This document shows positions 11,500 through 26,298 of a stretch of 64,000 bases of DNA, in pieces. Both the position numbers and the translations under genes were made by a program. The DNA comes from Octopus sinensis. Its lineage: Eukaryota. Every line of letters starts with the position of its first letter. Position 1 is the stretch's first letter. The notes beneath the pieces are model-generated. The model was not told where the DNA came from. It did no database searches and saw nothing but the letters and a program-made list of their open reading frames with translations. The DNA is taken from positions 15,004,001 to 15,068,000 of the forward strand of contig NC_043009.1 of NCBI RefSeq assembly GCF_006345805.1, read 5' to 3'.

Positions 11500-13845
11500 T
11501 GTCTGTGTCTATGCAATAGTGTTTCTGTTGTCATAGCTTCCAGTGTATATAGGTCCCAATTCTATTCATGTCTGTGAATACGTTCTTTCTTACCCAGCAC
11601 TTGTGATTCAGAGATAATATGATTTATTGTTTCTTCTACATCACTACATATTCTGCAGTTACTTGTATTTTCTTTTAGTTATGTGTTTCTAGTGATTTCT
11701 AGTGGGAAGGCTTTCATCTGCAATTCAAAATCCTTCTGTCTCTGGTTTGAGTCCTGAGCTTCTCAACCATAATTGCGATTTTGCTTTACCTATTCCTTTT
11801 CAGTTTAGCTTAACCTAGTATTTGCCATCGAGGTGTTTTTCTTGCCATCGTTTGATCATGATCCATTGCTGTTCCAGTTTTAGTTTGGGTTTCAGTTGTT
11901 TTACAGCTTTTGTTGTTTCTTATTTTTCTTCATAGTTGTTAGGTTCTATTACTTCTTTTTTTGTATTTTTTAACCTCCTTCAAGCCTGAAAACAGCCGTT
12001 TTTTAGCTCATGGTTTGTGGCTATCTGTATCAGTTTTCCTTGCTTCAAAAGTAGGTATATTTGTAATCCTGTGGTGGTTATTTTATAGTCTTGTAGCTGT
12101 ATAAGGCCTCTACCGCCTACATAAGTAATTGTATGTCTGCATTCGTCTAATACTCTTATTTCATTTACTATATCTAGTGTAATGCTACTCTTAACTAGTT
12201 TTGGTCTTCTCAAGGGCATAATGCCAAGAGAAATATGCTCTTCTCAAGAGCATATTTCTAACAGAAATATCATGTTTATTTCTTTGGGGAATCCATGTAC
12301 TGTCTGCAGTAATGTTTCCAGTAGTGTATCATGTATAGCATAAGTCTTAGTTCATTCATATACGAGAGATTGTTGATTGTTTTGTCGTAACAGCTGTATC
12401 CACATCCAGTTCTAGTCGGGTAAATGTGTCAGTGCCAAGTAGAAGGGGTGTCGAGAAAACGTGTCTCCCGGGAATATTCCTCTCCCAATGAAGATGGCTT
12501 TGGCTTTAATAAGTCCCTCTTTTGTCTGGATCTTAAACAATCTTTGCCATTTATTCTTGGAATGATTCGTATATTTTATGACTCTTTTGCTACCTTATTC
12601 ATGCTACCATTTTTCTTGCTACCTTATTCATGCCTAGTGCTATAAAAAGTCTTTCGATAATCGATCCAAGCCATACTTGCACTTTTCTTTTTTCTTTGGC
12701 AGTCTTCAGTTATGACAATTTTTGATAAGTAGCTGATTTTTACATCCGTATGAGTCCTTGCAGCATCCTTTCTCCTCTTCTGGAAACACGCTGTAGTCTC
12801 CCAGATGTCTGCCCATTCTCTCTGATATTATCGCAGTAAAGCCTTTGTAAATTGTAGGGAGACAAGTTATCGATCTGTAGTTTTGTTGGTTTGCCGTTTC
12901 AGTAGACTTGGAAATTAGGGTAGATTTTCCTTCCCTGAGTCATTCAGACATTGCCTCGGAATCTTCCAGTACCTCATTAAATTTTTCAGCCAGCGTTTTA
13001 CGTATTTCTGTTAGATATTTTAACCACAAATTGGGCAACTTGTCGTTCCCGGGTGTCTTTCAATTGCTAAGGTTATCTCTTCTGTTGTTATAGGTATCCA
13101 GAGTTGTGTGTTTCTTATTTTGACAGATCATCTTTTCTAGGTTAGTTCTCTCGCCGTCCATATTTCTTTCTAAAATTCTTCCCCTCCTTTTCCTGTTGGT
13201 GCTGCATTGATCTCTATTTTATTTTTGCCAAGTCCTTGCTAGAATTTTAAGGGGTTGGAGGTGAACTGTTTGTTTTGCTCATAGAAACATTGGCGTTTCT
13301 CACACCGGCAGATTCCCTGTCTTTTGGTGAGAATATCTTGTTTTAGCTGTTGTGTAATTTTGTACTTCCGTAGTATTTTACTTCTCTTCTTGTTGCTTAG
13401 TAGTGTAGTTTGACTACTAGTTTCATTAAGGATTTGACATATCCTTTATATTATTTACTGTCTTTTACTGAATATCCACAGGTTTTCTTTGGGTGATGAT
13501 ACACTTGTTTGTATAGATTTGAGGAGTTATCTAGCTTCTTTTGTGGTCACAGAGGCTGCTGCATATATTATATCCTTTAACCTTGCCATATTGACATTTG
13601 TTTCCGTGACTATTAGTTCTGTGACGGCCAGGTTCATGTTATCTATTATGGATGTTGTCTTATTAATTTTTGAGAAGTACAATCGTTGGTCCACACTGAG
13701 ATCTGTGGATTTTAATTCTTTGATTATACTCATTTTTAGAGTATCATAATCATTAATTTCGCCTTCACTATTTGGAGATTTTAGATTTCTTCCGCATTCT
13801 TTCCTGTTTATATTCTGGTTTGCGATTTTCTGGTTCAACACATTG
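11500..13845 (-). mobile_element. Degenerate R4/Dong-type LINE (RT and zinc-finger region)
   Basis: Minus-strand NWKTPGNDKLPNLWLK, YRSITCLPTIYK, FPEEEKGCCKDSYGCKNQLLI, GGRGL and SGLKPETEG; many stops and frameshifts. Confidence 0.85.
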
Positions 13846-13849
13846 AAAC

Positions 13850-15142
13850 TGTAAACAAAAACCGGAACTGCTAAGGACTTTTACTCGGATTTTAAGACTG
13901 CGCGAACTCTCCTGTAACACCCCTTTCTGATCTCCTCTTTCATACCTGTATGCTGAATGCCAGAGCCCACATTTATTCCGAAGTTTTTGTATTTTTGTTC
14001 CTGCACGAGGACCTCATTTCAGTAGTGTTGGCAGTGTCGTAAAGGATTACGACACTGTCAACACTACTGAAATGAGGTCCTCAGTTTCCCTTTCTGGAAA
14101 GTGGCATACGAACATTTATCAAAACCAAATTCCGTCTCAATGACATCAGTGAATACTTTCACAGTACGTAGCAGTTCCACAAGCTCATTGTCGTCATCAC
14201 GATAGAATTTTAAGTCTCCTATAGAAAATAGATTACTTATATCCATACTCTGTTCAGTTTATATCCATTGGTATGGAATATAAGGGTAATGCAGAAAATT
14301 AAATCTGAAAGTGTAACACCTGGAAAATGCCGCAGCTGATATTAATATTTTTTGGGTGGTCAGTACTCCATTAGAGTGGTATAAAATATGGATTCGTATT
14401 CCACATTGATATGTTGTATTTCAGGAAGTTTGAAATGACAAGTGAAATTTTGAAGATATCCAGCGATTTCAAGATCCATAAATGCAGTATGCTGCTGAAG
14501 TCTTTTTTATAATCAATCCATGCAGAACTGAGATTTTTGCGTTTGTTATGACAGTTCTCAAGGATCGTGTGATTGATTAAGTGTTAGCTTTGCGTCCATA
14601 TGAGCCTCGTCGGCATCCTTTTTGTTCAGTGGGGAAAATATTGTTCTGTTTCATAGATTTGTATGCCTTCTCCAAGGGAATGGATGTTAAAATTTTATAC
14701 ATGGAAATTAGATATGTTATGGGCCCATAGTTTTGGAGAAATTTGGTTTCATTATTCTTCGGAGGAAGGTAAGTAATACCTCTTTGCGAACGAATGAGGT
14801 GTTTTCGTAGGATTTCTAATAATTTCATTGAATAAGTGGACTAACTTTTCATGTGCGCACGGGGGCGAAGTGAGCCAAAACTTTGGCACCCTATCATCAC
14901 TAGGTGATTTCAACTTATGGACCTTTGCGCATGTCATCCTTATCTCTGCTATTGTGATGTCTTACCTTGCTTGTTCTGGTAAGTTTTGGTAGTGTCCTTC
15001 TGTGCCTCTAACGCAGTTTGTATTTCCATTGTAAATATTTTCATCACTCCAGATATTTTTCCAGAGGTTTTCAACTTCTTCCATGGCTGTTATTTTCTTC
15101 CTCCTTATCTTTCTGTAGAATATTTTCGCATTGGATGTGAAC
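13850..15142 (-). mobile_element. Second degenerate R4/Dong-type LINE RT fragment
   Basis: KSPSDDRVPKFWL, NYGPITYLISMYKILT, FPTEQKGCRRGSYGRK and EFGFDKC; the 5' end abuts (TAA)n. Confidence 0.85.
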
Positions 15143-15155
15143 ATTATTATTATTA

Positions 15156-15221
<66 letters not shown>

Positions 15222-15250
15222 CATTATCATCATCATCATTAATATTATTA
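15143..15250. repeat. (ATT)n microsatellite
   Basis: Directly visible. Confidence 0.95.
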
Positions 15251-15271
15251 TTTCCTCATAATTAGCTCATA

Positions 15272-15402
15272 TTTCGCCGTGGTCGACTTTGCCTTTCGAA
15301 CTTTTGGGCTCGTTAAACTAAGTAGCAGTTGAAAATTGGGATCAATATAAAAGACTTCATCCCGCCAAATTGCTAACGATGTGCCAAAATTTGAACCAAT
15401 AA
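15272..15402 (+). mobile_element. SINE family B fragment
   Basis: cgccgtggtcgactttgcctttc...gtgccaaaatttgaaccaat. Confidence 0.7.
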
Positions 15403-15578
15403 TTATTTCTTGGTTCGTAAAAGAATTTCAGCATTTAGATATTTCGATTATATTTTGCTGCAAAGATGCAAGGTGAAGATAACTGTTACCATTTCAGCAA
15501 TATGCGACAAAGGGATGTTAATCTGTGCATAACACTACGATACGATATACTACCGGACATACAGGTATACACATACAC

Positions 15579-15644
<66 letters not shown>

Positions 15645-15647
<3 letters not shown>

Positions 15648-18600
15648 CAATATGTGTGTGTCTGTGTCATGGTCACGTCGTTAAACCTCGAGATCCAAAC
15701 GATTTTAATGAAATTTTCACCATTACATTGAAAGGTTACCAAGAATGGTTCAAAGCCTAAAACATTTTGAAAAACTTACATGAGTTTGGGAACAAATCGA
15801 TATAATCGATAAATTCGGCTCTTTTGCAAGAAGGCAAAAGTTGTACGCGGGAAGACATTTTATAGGGGTAACCGATTTTCTTCAAACTTTTTGCAAAACA
15901 TTTGTGATACTTCGAAGTTTTTGGAGACTTATTAAACTTTTTCAAAACGCAGTCGTCTTGCGCGAAAATTTCGAAAAGTAGTGAAAATCGATTTTCCTTA
16001 AAACTCGAAACTTGAACTCTTGATAAATACTCAACACTGCAACTGATTTTGTTCAAATTTGTTGCAAAACATTTGTCATTCTACGAAAATTATGCACAGT
16101 GGGTTAATTTTTTCTGACGGCAGGCATGTTGAACGATAATTGTGAAAGGCAATGAAAGAAATAGATCTTTTTGTTGAACTTGTAAATTAAACCTTTAATA
16201 ACTTTTATTCGCTGCAACCGATTTTTTTCAAACTTGGTAGGAACATTGCATGTGATCAGAGTATTCGTTTCAACTATTCTTTCTCAATATTGTTTGTGCT
16301 CACGTTTAATTCCAAACGCTCTAAATAAGTGGTTCAAACTGGCTTTTGGTCTACACTTTCTAGCGATTAGAGTAAGTTTTCACCAGATTCAGATGAAACA
16401 CTCCTAATTATTTCAATATTTTTACTGTTTTACTTTAAAATTCTGTTTTTACTGAGACGCATCATATTTTAAACAATCCATAACAAACTACACAGTGTGA
16501 AACATATTTAATAATGATATTTTAAAGACCGCTCACGACGTTTCTTCAACTTATTTAACTGGAAACAGTATTTTTTCACTGCAATTAAATCACATATGCG
16601 TTTTCCAGGGTTGAATCCAATTTGTATGCACTATCGATTTTTCGCACGCAAGTTGTGTTAGTAAAATCAATACCTATTAGTTCATGGATGCATACACACA
16701 ATACAAGTAAAAAGAAACGTGAAGCTCAGTTGCAGAAATAGCACCTTCTTGGCAAGCAATTGATATTGCATTCTACTTTGTTAATCGGCCTTTAACTTCT
16801 ACCAGTAAAATCTGACATAAGTTACAGTCTTACAACCCTACTTAAATAACCCAAACCTATACATCTAATCCTATTTTACCTTTCATTTCAGAATTTGTTA
16901 CCTAAATATTATTTGCAAAGTCACAATAAACTTTTTTGGCCTATAAGTAGTATTTCTAGACAAGCTTGCCACTCATTGCATATCCCTTTCCCATTTAACC
17001 TGCTTGGTAATTATTGTCGCACAATATACTTAAACAACCCAATATACTAAATACTGCATTAGCTATGTCTCAGTTCCCATGTAGTGCTGGAATGCATAAG
17101 GGGTAAACATCTATTTGCCAACATTGGCGTATAAGATTATTTTTTTACTTTTTCTTCGATTCAAAGATATCCAATAACCATGACTAGACGGTCTCTATCG
17201 TCAATCGGACGCAACACTGCGCGAATTTCGAAATTGAAAACAAGGCAAGTTAATGAAACGTCAGAAGAAATTAATGGTAGGTTAAGCCAAAATGCTTTGA
17301 GGAGAGCTATTGCAAGAACAATGGCTACCGATGAACAACGTTTGATACGTCAAAAAAAGAAATGCTGCTCGAGCGGCAGAGACTGACGGATAGTGTATAG
17401 TCCGATTTCTTTATTCGGATAGGGTATAGTCCGGCAGAAGAGAAATTATGCGCGACTGCTGCTGCTTGAGCAACAAAATATCATTAACAGAGTTTTTTGC
17501 GTCAAAGGACTGATGCTAGAACAGTAGAGAATGACGTACAACGTTAGAGACCGTCAGAAGAGAAATACCACAGCAACTGCTACTGCTGCTGCTGCTGCTG
17601 CTAGAGCTGCAGAAACCCCCAACTGATCTAGATAACCGGCTTGAGGGTAATGTAATTCGCAGAGCTGCTACTAGACAGGGTACTTCAAGTGTATGTTCTT
17701 TACGGTGGTCGTGGAAGGCGTTCAACTATGATCCAAAATGTAACTACGCTGTTCTACCTGACATACTAATTGGTAGTATGTCCATCATTTGGCAATATGC
17801 TCCGCCAAAAAGTGGCCAGGAGAAAGTCCTGGAATGTGTTGCTGTAATGGAAAGGTTAAACCTCCCATCCTGGAGGATCCATTTCAACTATTGAAGCGTT
17901 TATTAGGTTCATTATCAGATTGAAAACATTACCGCAACAACATCGAAAAGTACGATTGCGTGTTCCAATTGACATGTTTTGGGGCAAACGTTGCCAGTGA
18001 TGGTGCTTTTATTCTTATTTTTATAGTACAGGGACACGTTTACCACAAGACTGAACCACTCCAGTTTCCTGCCTCAATTTCTTCAACTTTACTTTATTGG
18101 TGACTATCACGAAGAAGCAGAAAAGTGAATCTCAATTTCATTCGGAACGAGAGAAGAGTTTACACTTCAGCTTCAGGATATGCTACACACGAAGAACAGC
18201 TACATCCAGAGCTTCAAACATGGATTAGAAGTATCGACCTCGCCAGAATTCAATGTCATTCTTAACACTGACTAATGGCCGAACAAAGAGTTTGCTGGGC
18301 GCTACAATATACCTTTCTGCAATGAGGTTGGCATTGTTCTTCATGGTGAACAACATAACAAATGAGATATTGTTCCTAAACTTCGTGATAACACTCTCCA
18401 AAGAATTTGTGAAACACACACATCATACGATGCTTTTCAGTATCCACTGCTCTTCGTGAATGGTGAGGATGGCTACCATTTCGGCATTCCGCAGGATAAT
18501 ACCAACAATCCGGATAAACAAACCACCAAATCTGTTTCTTTCATGGCCTTTTTCTTTTTATGATCCGCCCAACTCTTTCAACCACCTACATCATTCGCGT

Positions 18601-19960
18601 GACCTCTTCCACAAATTCGCAGTTGGCATGGCTGCGAAAATGGAGTCGGAAAGACTGTGCATCGTAAGGTTAAACCTGACACAACTTCATTTAGACAATT
18701 ACATTCATCTTAGAGACTCCATCAGCAATGGCGAACATCTCAGAAGCATGAAGCAATTGTGCATCTTACCTTCAACTTACACAGGAGGTCCCCGATACAT
18801 GCATGAACCAAAAAAAGGATGCGGTGATATTCGTGCGGCACTAGTGCAGACCAGATTTATTTATTACTTTTACATGCATCAGCGAAAATCTCAGAAGCAT
18901 GGGGCAATTGTGCATCTTACCTTAAACTTACACAGGAGGTCTCCGATACATGCATGAACCAATAAAAGATGCGGTGACATTCGTGCGGCACTAGTGCAGA
19001 CCAGATTTATTTATTACTTTTACATGCATCAGCGAAAATCTCAGAAGCATGGGGCAATTGTGCATCTTACCTTAAACTTACACAGGAGGTCTCCGATACA
19101 TGCATGAACCAATAAAAGATGCGGTGACATTCGTGCGGCACTAGTGCAGACCAGATTTATTTATTACTTTTACATGCAACCCAACGTGGAAGGAGATTAA
19201 GGATGAATTTTTTCCCGGCCAAAATGTCAAGGACAGGCATGACTTCATGGCCAGAGTTTTCTTACTTAAATTATTAAAACTTATGGAACTCCTTATAAAA
19301 AGGCAGGTATTTGGGTCAGTAAAATGTGACATGTTCGCAACTGACTGGGAGAGACGTGCGCGTCCAAATGCGTATATTTTAACTTGGCTATCAAAAAAAG
19401 GTAAATTTTTCTGATATAGACATGATTATCTCCGGCGAGCTTCCAAATACCTCAACTGACAAGGATTGATATGACAAAGTAAAGGCCCACATGGTGCATA
19501 GGCCTTGCGGACATTGCTTCAACCCAAACTCACCATGCCTGAAAGACAGTTTGTGCACTAAAATGGTTCCCCAACAGTTCCCTCTCGAAACGGAGACTGG
19601 AAACAATGGAGGCCCCACTGCAAAAGTTAGCCAGTACAAAATAGACACGAGATGGATAGATCCTTACTCTCTTCTACTAAAGAATTTCGACATCCATATC
19701 AACCTTACCGTTTGCAACTTTGTCAAATCTATCATGTACGCCCGTAAATACGTGAATAATGGTTCGAACGGTGCTATGTTTGGTATTCAAATCAACAACA
19801 ATTGAGATGAGGTAACTCAGTAACAAGCGGGTCGTTGTGTCAGTACAAACGAAATGTTTGGCGCACGCTCAGCTTCCCAATGCACCAAAGGTATCCTGCT
19901 ATTGAGCAGCTTGTGGTACATCTTGAAAAGGAACAAAGCGTGTAGTTCACTACTGCGACT
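15645..19960 (+). mobile_element. Degenerate Helitron: 5' non-coding region plus RepHel up to the Rep domain; helicase absent
   Basis: KKWPGESPGMCCCNGKV, PQFLQLYFIGD, YDAFQYPLLFVNGEDGYH, ILPSTYTGGPRYMHE, PDLFITFTCNP.WKEI, MVHRPCG..NPNSPC and MYARKYVNNG; the 5' boundary is uncertain. Confidence 0.9.
18731..19178 (+). repeat. Tandem triplication of a 150-bp unit inside the Helitron Rep
   Basis: ctagtgcagaccagatttatttattac recurs at 18841, 18991 and 19141. Confidence 0.95.
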
Positions 19961-20329
19961 GTTTGTGATTAATCTGTATATTTTGTATCTTTTCATTTGT
20001 GTTGCTCGCTTATGTTTCTGGCGTTTTCTAAATATTCTTGAGAACCTTCTTTTCTTAGTGGTAAGACCATAGGGGGTCGACTTCTAGCATATGGATGTCC
20101 ACTTAGTGGTCATCCCTCTTATACGTATGCAATAGATTTTTTTGAATCTTCAGATTTTTCTATATGCTAGACTATTGGTTTTATACTGACATTAATCAAA
20201 TTGATATTCAATTTTTCACCCTTATTTTAAATTCATATATATAAATATAAATTTATAAATAAGGATAATATCGATATTATCAAGTGGCCAGCATGGGAAA
20301 AATACCATACAAAGGTAATAATTTTTTAC

Positions 20330-20822
20330 AACTAAAAGTACAGGTGTCTGAGAGACATCACCATGCTTAAATATCAGTAAAATCCCTGACTCTAAAAACC
20401 ACGTTAAATGTTCTTATCGCACCATGAGATAAGACAGCGAGACAAAATAGACCAGCAAAAATATTACTGAATAATTCAAGATCCTGGATTTCTAGCTTTG
20501 CTTTAAATAAGCTTTGCCGTCATCAGTTGAATAAATCAAAAGTACATAAATGCAAAGATATATATGCAGAACAAACGTTATATTTACATATACGAACGTC
20601 CATACATACATATATATGCACGTATGTACAAGGCTAGTTTAAATTGCCCGCCAAAGCTAGAAATCCAGGATCTTGAATTATTCAGTAATATTTTTGCTGG
20701 TCTATTTTGTCTCTCTGTTTTATCTCATGGTGCGATATGAACATTTAACGTGGCTTTTAGAGTCAGGGATTTGACTGCTATTTTGGCATGTTGGTGTCTC
20801 TCAGACACCCTTATTTTTAGTT
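20330..20822. mobile_element. Penelope-like pLTR inverted pair
   Basis: Arms 20330-20500 and 20652-20822 are reverse complements; hammerhead on the minus strand; the right arm ends in (TA)n. Confidence 0.75.
20475..20531 (-). ncRNA. Type I hammerhead ribozyme
   Basis: ttcaa-CTGATGA-cggc...gcta-GAAA-tccagg-ATC-ttgaa. Confidence 0.7.
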
Positions 20823-20829
20823 ATATAAT

Positions 20830-20860
<31 letters not shown>

Positions 20861-21406
20861 GATAATTGTATGTAAATGTATGTAAATAATAACCAGATAA
20901 TAAGGCGCAGTATACGTATGCTCCAAAGTAAAGCGCTAGTCGTGTTTATAGGGTAATAGGAAATGAAATAAATGTGTATGTAACTGAAAATGGTGCTAAG
21001 GAATTCATTATCGTACCTCTGACTCTACTATAGGATATAGAGAACTCAGATGTGCCTAATTCGGCAATACATTATAACTAAAATGTAACTTCACATTTTG
21101 AGTGTAAGATAATTTTTTAAAGCAGTTCCATATATGAAAACATTACTGTTGAAAAAACAAAAACATTCGTGATAAATGAGGAGAGCCTTAAGTTCACTGA
21201 TGCTCAAAACGAATAGGTACACTCAGTAAGTAGTATAATTGGTCGACCGTTAGGTTCCAATTTCACAGCTGAGGCTGGAGCTAGGGATCTGTTTTAGGCT
21301 TCCGTGTTAGCAGGTATATATTAGAGGAAATGGACAACAAAATCCAAGGCAGGACGATTATCCCAAGTCGTTTATAATAATTTAATTACGGTAAGGTTAA
21401 TTTGAA

Positions 21407-21483
21407 ATATTGCAGCTGTTTCTGGGATATATCACGTGAAAGGCTACCATGTCCGTACACTTTGGTATTCCGTCATCAGAGAC
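21407..21483 (-). ncRNA. Decayed type I hammerhead (similar family to 41854)
   Basis: gtct-CTGATGA-cggaata...tatccca-GAAAC-agct-GCA; cleavage triplet and stem I 3' arm are mutated. Confidence 0.55.
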
Positions 21484-23083
21484 AAGGAGATTATGCATGA
21501 AAGTTCTAGAAATGGAACTTCTCAGAATTTAATGAATAAAATAGAAAAATAAAGGTAAAATGTAGATAGAAGTATACAGACAGTAGAACAAAGTTCCCTG
21601 CTCATCCATTGCCAGAGGGTATGGAGGTTGGACCGTACATCCGTGAAGATATATGTACATAGGTATAATCCCAGGTAACTTTAGACAGTATTTTTGCAGT
21701 ATTTTGAATGATGCATTCATGTTGAAGTGGTTAGCTAGTATGTAAATAGTTCGCATATGTATATGGAGTGAGAAAGACAGACATCAAGATGGACAGAAAT
21801 TGGTTGTGATTAAGTGGATATAAGAGGGAGAAGAAAGAGAAAAAAGAAGGAAAAAGAAAGAAAAGTCAGGGATGGGATCGAAGGAATGAGAGCGAAAGTG
21901 AAGCAAAATCAAAAATCAAAATAAATAATCTACAACATATTACATAATTTTTGAAAGGGCATAGGAAATCCACGTCCCTAGTCAACCACATACACCATCC
22001 GATAAATAAGAAAATACCATATAAGATATCCTTGGCCATAATAGATTGTGGTGTCCAATGCTAAGGCCAGCGCTTCATATGTAGACTCAGAATTTTCGAT
22101 CATTGATCAACTGTTCGTAGGTCAATAAAAGACCAATAAAAGTCAAATATTAGGTGTCTGTAACTAGATCGCTGTTAAGTACACATCATTTACATTCTCT
22201 TCGGCACTAGACAAATCTCAACGATATCGATATTGATAAAAAGATCAATCTGTGGGAGTCGATGAAGTCGATTTGTCTTCTCATATTTGAATAAATTTTG
22301 GGTGTGAAGAAACACAATTTGCTTCAGAAATCTTTAACATGACAGCGCTATCGAACGCACAACGCGTTCAAGAAAACCTCTATATGTTGAACTTTGCCAA
22401 ATGCGCCCAGAGAAACGAAAACTTTCTAGACGTAACCTATCATTGACGGCTTGTACATTCATGTCAAGTATTTTTTGTAATGTACAGGATGAATCCAAAA
22501 TCAGCGAATTCAGCAGTAAAGATAGTCTCGTAATCCCCTTCAAAAGAATAGGCAATCTTCTATCTTGTTTCTAATGAAATATATTTTGTGTTAGTCATTT
22601 ACTCATATTCCTAGTCTCCCTTCCTAACGATAGGCTGACGTTTAACTGAGAGATTCAGGACGAGCAGGAAAGACATTGGAGCAACACAGAGCAAGAGAGA
22701 ATAGAGGATATATAGGATGACATATTTTGTTATGAATTGGCTACTCTTTACTTTCTATATATATATTATGAACAGCTACTGTTAAGTAAAATTATCCCCA
22801 TTTCTTTGTCTGAGAATCATATATTGTTTGTTGAGCTAATATATAACAATGAAATGACGTAAGAATTAACATTAATTTCAGTTCAGAAAATTGAAGGATC
22901 ATACTTTTGATTGACAACACTCACTGATGTATGAAAGCTATTTCGAGTGTTGAAAAATACGATTGCATATATCTTTTACAAATAGGTTTTAGATAATTGC
23001 ACAACAGAAAAGTGTTCATCAATGATTTGGTTAAGTGACTATTATTTCTTTCAAATTGAAATTACGAGGGTTGGCTGGATATT

Positions 23084-24306
23084 TCATAGGGTGACTAAGG
23101 TTCACCCATGGAATGTGATCATATGCAGTTCATTTTAAACATATTCCACTTTGTGCTTCACACATTTCGATTGGTGTTGTAGTGCTTAGTTCCCATTGGT
23201 GAAGCGGCTTTCACACTTTTGCTAAAAGAAGTCACAAAAAGCAGGTGTGATGTCATCAACTCTGGGATACTGTTTCCAACCCAAGTGATTTTTCATGTGA
23301 AACATATCATGGTCAAATGGGGATAAATCAAGGGAATATGAGCCTGATTAACCAATTCAAAGCCACAGTAACTTACAGCAACCACTGAATCCAATGACTT
23401 GTGTAATGGAGCATTCTGCCGATGAAACACTAAATCCTTTCGTCCTGAAACCATTTCGTAACTATCCCAGCAAGTTGGCATAGTATCATCAATTGATGAG
23501 GATGGCATTTTATTGATAAATAGAATGTTATTGCATCCCCCAAAATTGCGGCCATCACCCTCCCGCGAGTTGAAACAACGTTGCCCTTGTTTTGATCAGG
23601 TGAATAGGGTTATTTCCATTGCATGGATTGCCTTTCTGTCTCTGGTTCAAACAGATGAACCCATCATTGTTCCTCGGTTTGGAAACAGTCAAGGAAACCG
23701 GATGGATCTGCTTTAAACAATGTGAGATCATTCTCGTGGTATGATCAGCTTGATGTACTTTTAATCAGGTGTCAGAAGACACGGAGATATGTTCATCATA
23801 CCAAGTTCATTGTGAAGAATATTCTCAACTTCCACACGGGATAAGCTAATAGCATAGGCTATTTAATTATAGTCAATCGCCTGTCACCCATTACCATGTG
23901 GTCAATATAATCAATGTTTTCCTCAGTGGTGGCAGTTACTGGACGCCCAGCTATTGGGTCATCTTCGAAGCATTTCGTTCCCCTCCTGAATTCAGCTGCC
24001 CAATGTTGCACTGTTGATGAAGCAAAAGCGTCATTCTTAATTTAGCAGCCATGACTCCATGAATATCCTGCGGGCCTAAAACCTTTTTCTGCAAGTACTA
24101 TTTAACATCACGATACCAAATGTTGTCCATTTTCAAGAGAATGCGCTATCAACTACATTTGAAGTCTTCTTTGAACTGTCAGATATCCGTTTATCTGCAA
24201 AGACACAACGCATTTATTAAGAGGATTTGAAATTAATGCACGAAACATTTCACAGATCCAGCGTTCCTCCTTCATAGTCAGCCGATGAGGTTTTCACCCG
24301 ATCCTT
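23084..24306 (-). mobile_element. Degenerate mariner transposon
   Basis: TA-CGAGGG terminus, ~1.2 kb length, decayed TIR at the other end; FHRQNAPLHKS (HDNAPxH-like) and a decayed YSPDLAPSDY region. Confidence 0.75.
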
Positions 24307-25375
24307 TTACTTTTTTACAATGAGATATTGTTTTTGAGACTGAAAATGATTGTGATCAAACATGAAGATGATGATGATGATATTGCTATTGTTGATAGCG
24401 ACAATATTGATGCGGGTGATGGCAACGATGATGAAAGCAACAACGATGATAAGGGTGATGAAACGCTGAAAAGAGAACATTTGACAAAATGACAAAATAG
24501 ATTCCTTCTTAAAGTAATTGAGTACTGTATTGATGTGTTAGGCATAAATAAATTGTGGGTCGTTTCATCCTAAAGGTACCGCTAATCAGCAGATCTTTTC
24601 ATGTTTATATCTAGTTATAATAACTACGTTACATGATACTTTGTATTTATATATATATATCACTGCGAAATATCTCAAGAATCCGGCAGGTCTTCTTCGA
24701 ATCAGTGTTGTTTTGATGGTTAGAAAGAAATATGCATTTCGTTTATAATACAGTGTTAAATAATATAAATGATATAGACTCTGAAACGTATTTTTGAATA
24801 TAAATGATAGACGGCAACCTCATTACACCAATGATAAATCTCTAATTCTTCCATAATTTGAAAGAAATAAGAGTGAATAGCAAAATTTCGAAAAGGATAA
24901 TAATGAAAACCGAAGGAATAATATAAATAACACATATTTCTGCTGCCTCAAACAGTTGAAAAATATGAAGCAATAGTTATGAAATATTTTCTCAGCATTT
25001 CCTATACACAATTTTGGAGAGAGTACTATTTATTGTATAAACCTATCCCTGCATTTATCTCCATTAAATACAATGGTGAACGCTGTTGAGAGGAATTATG
25101 GCAAACAATTCAATATTTGTCAGTATTTTGGCCAAAGTTTTCTGACGTGATTTCCCTGTTAATACATGAACATTTTTTTGCGTTACGTCTTGCGTTATAG
25201 CAGAAAATTTTGTTTTATAATCAGTACTCATAAAAACCTCAATATCTGTCTTCTCTATTTCCCTGTCTCTCTCTCTCTCTCTCTCTACATAAACACGCAT
25301 AAAGACAGACAGATACACACACATACACACACACATACACACCCACACAAAGACACACATACATATAAGAGTATA

Positions 25376-25419
<44 letters not shown>

Positions 25420-26298
25420 TACATTTGTGCGCGTGTATGTGTGTTTATGTGTGTCTGTGTCTCTACTTGTACGCATGTGTATGAACGCATAAACATGTTG
25501 AAATCTTTTCAATAAAACACTTTATGTTCATTCCATTATCTAACATTATTCTGTTAAATAGATTCGAAAATTATAGTTTTGTGTAAGCATTGCTTTTTAA
25601 CAGATTCTAGATTTCTATTTCTTTGTTATACTCTACTGATGAAATATGTAAATAGCTAGGTATCAGGAGATAAATACTGGATATTTTCTCTGTAAAATAA
25701 TGCGGCTGTCAAAACGTCATAATATCCAAGTTGTTAATGATGAAGGTAGCCGCTCCAGGTTTCAATTCAGAATATATTAATAAAGGCTTTGACAATTTGA
25801 TTATATCAAACATTATGCATACTTAGTGAATCATGAGGTGTTCGACATTAAGAAAAGCTAAAATGGAAGAACTAATCTTTACGGGAAGATTTCAGCAACT
25901 TCAATAAATTCGAAAACTTTAAACAGAGAAAATTTTTTTAAATGTCTTGTGACGGACACACATATTCGCTACTCGATTTTCAAGTAGGCATAAATATCTA
26001 TAAACAATAATATATTTCGCTTAATATCAAACGTCTTTACAAATATTTTCCCTAAAATTCTGAACACCGACAGTCGAATATTTGTAATACATTACGATAA
26101 ATTCAGATTTCACTTATAATTATTTTATATCACAATCAAATACAGTTGTTAGCAACCTCGATGGACGTCTGATGCGAACTTATGTGAAAATATGTTTAAA
26201 GATACATGATAATTACACCTGATTATTTTAAAGGAAGGCTAAGCAATTACCCTTTATTTATCTATTATTTGGAAATTCTTTAAATTTGTGCATTGTAT

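Noticed and set aside
22334-22570. 78 open codons after a tatttcattag acceptor on the minus strand
   Set aside because: No recognisable homology and no phase-compatible neighbouring exon; may be a non-coding exon or chance
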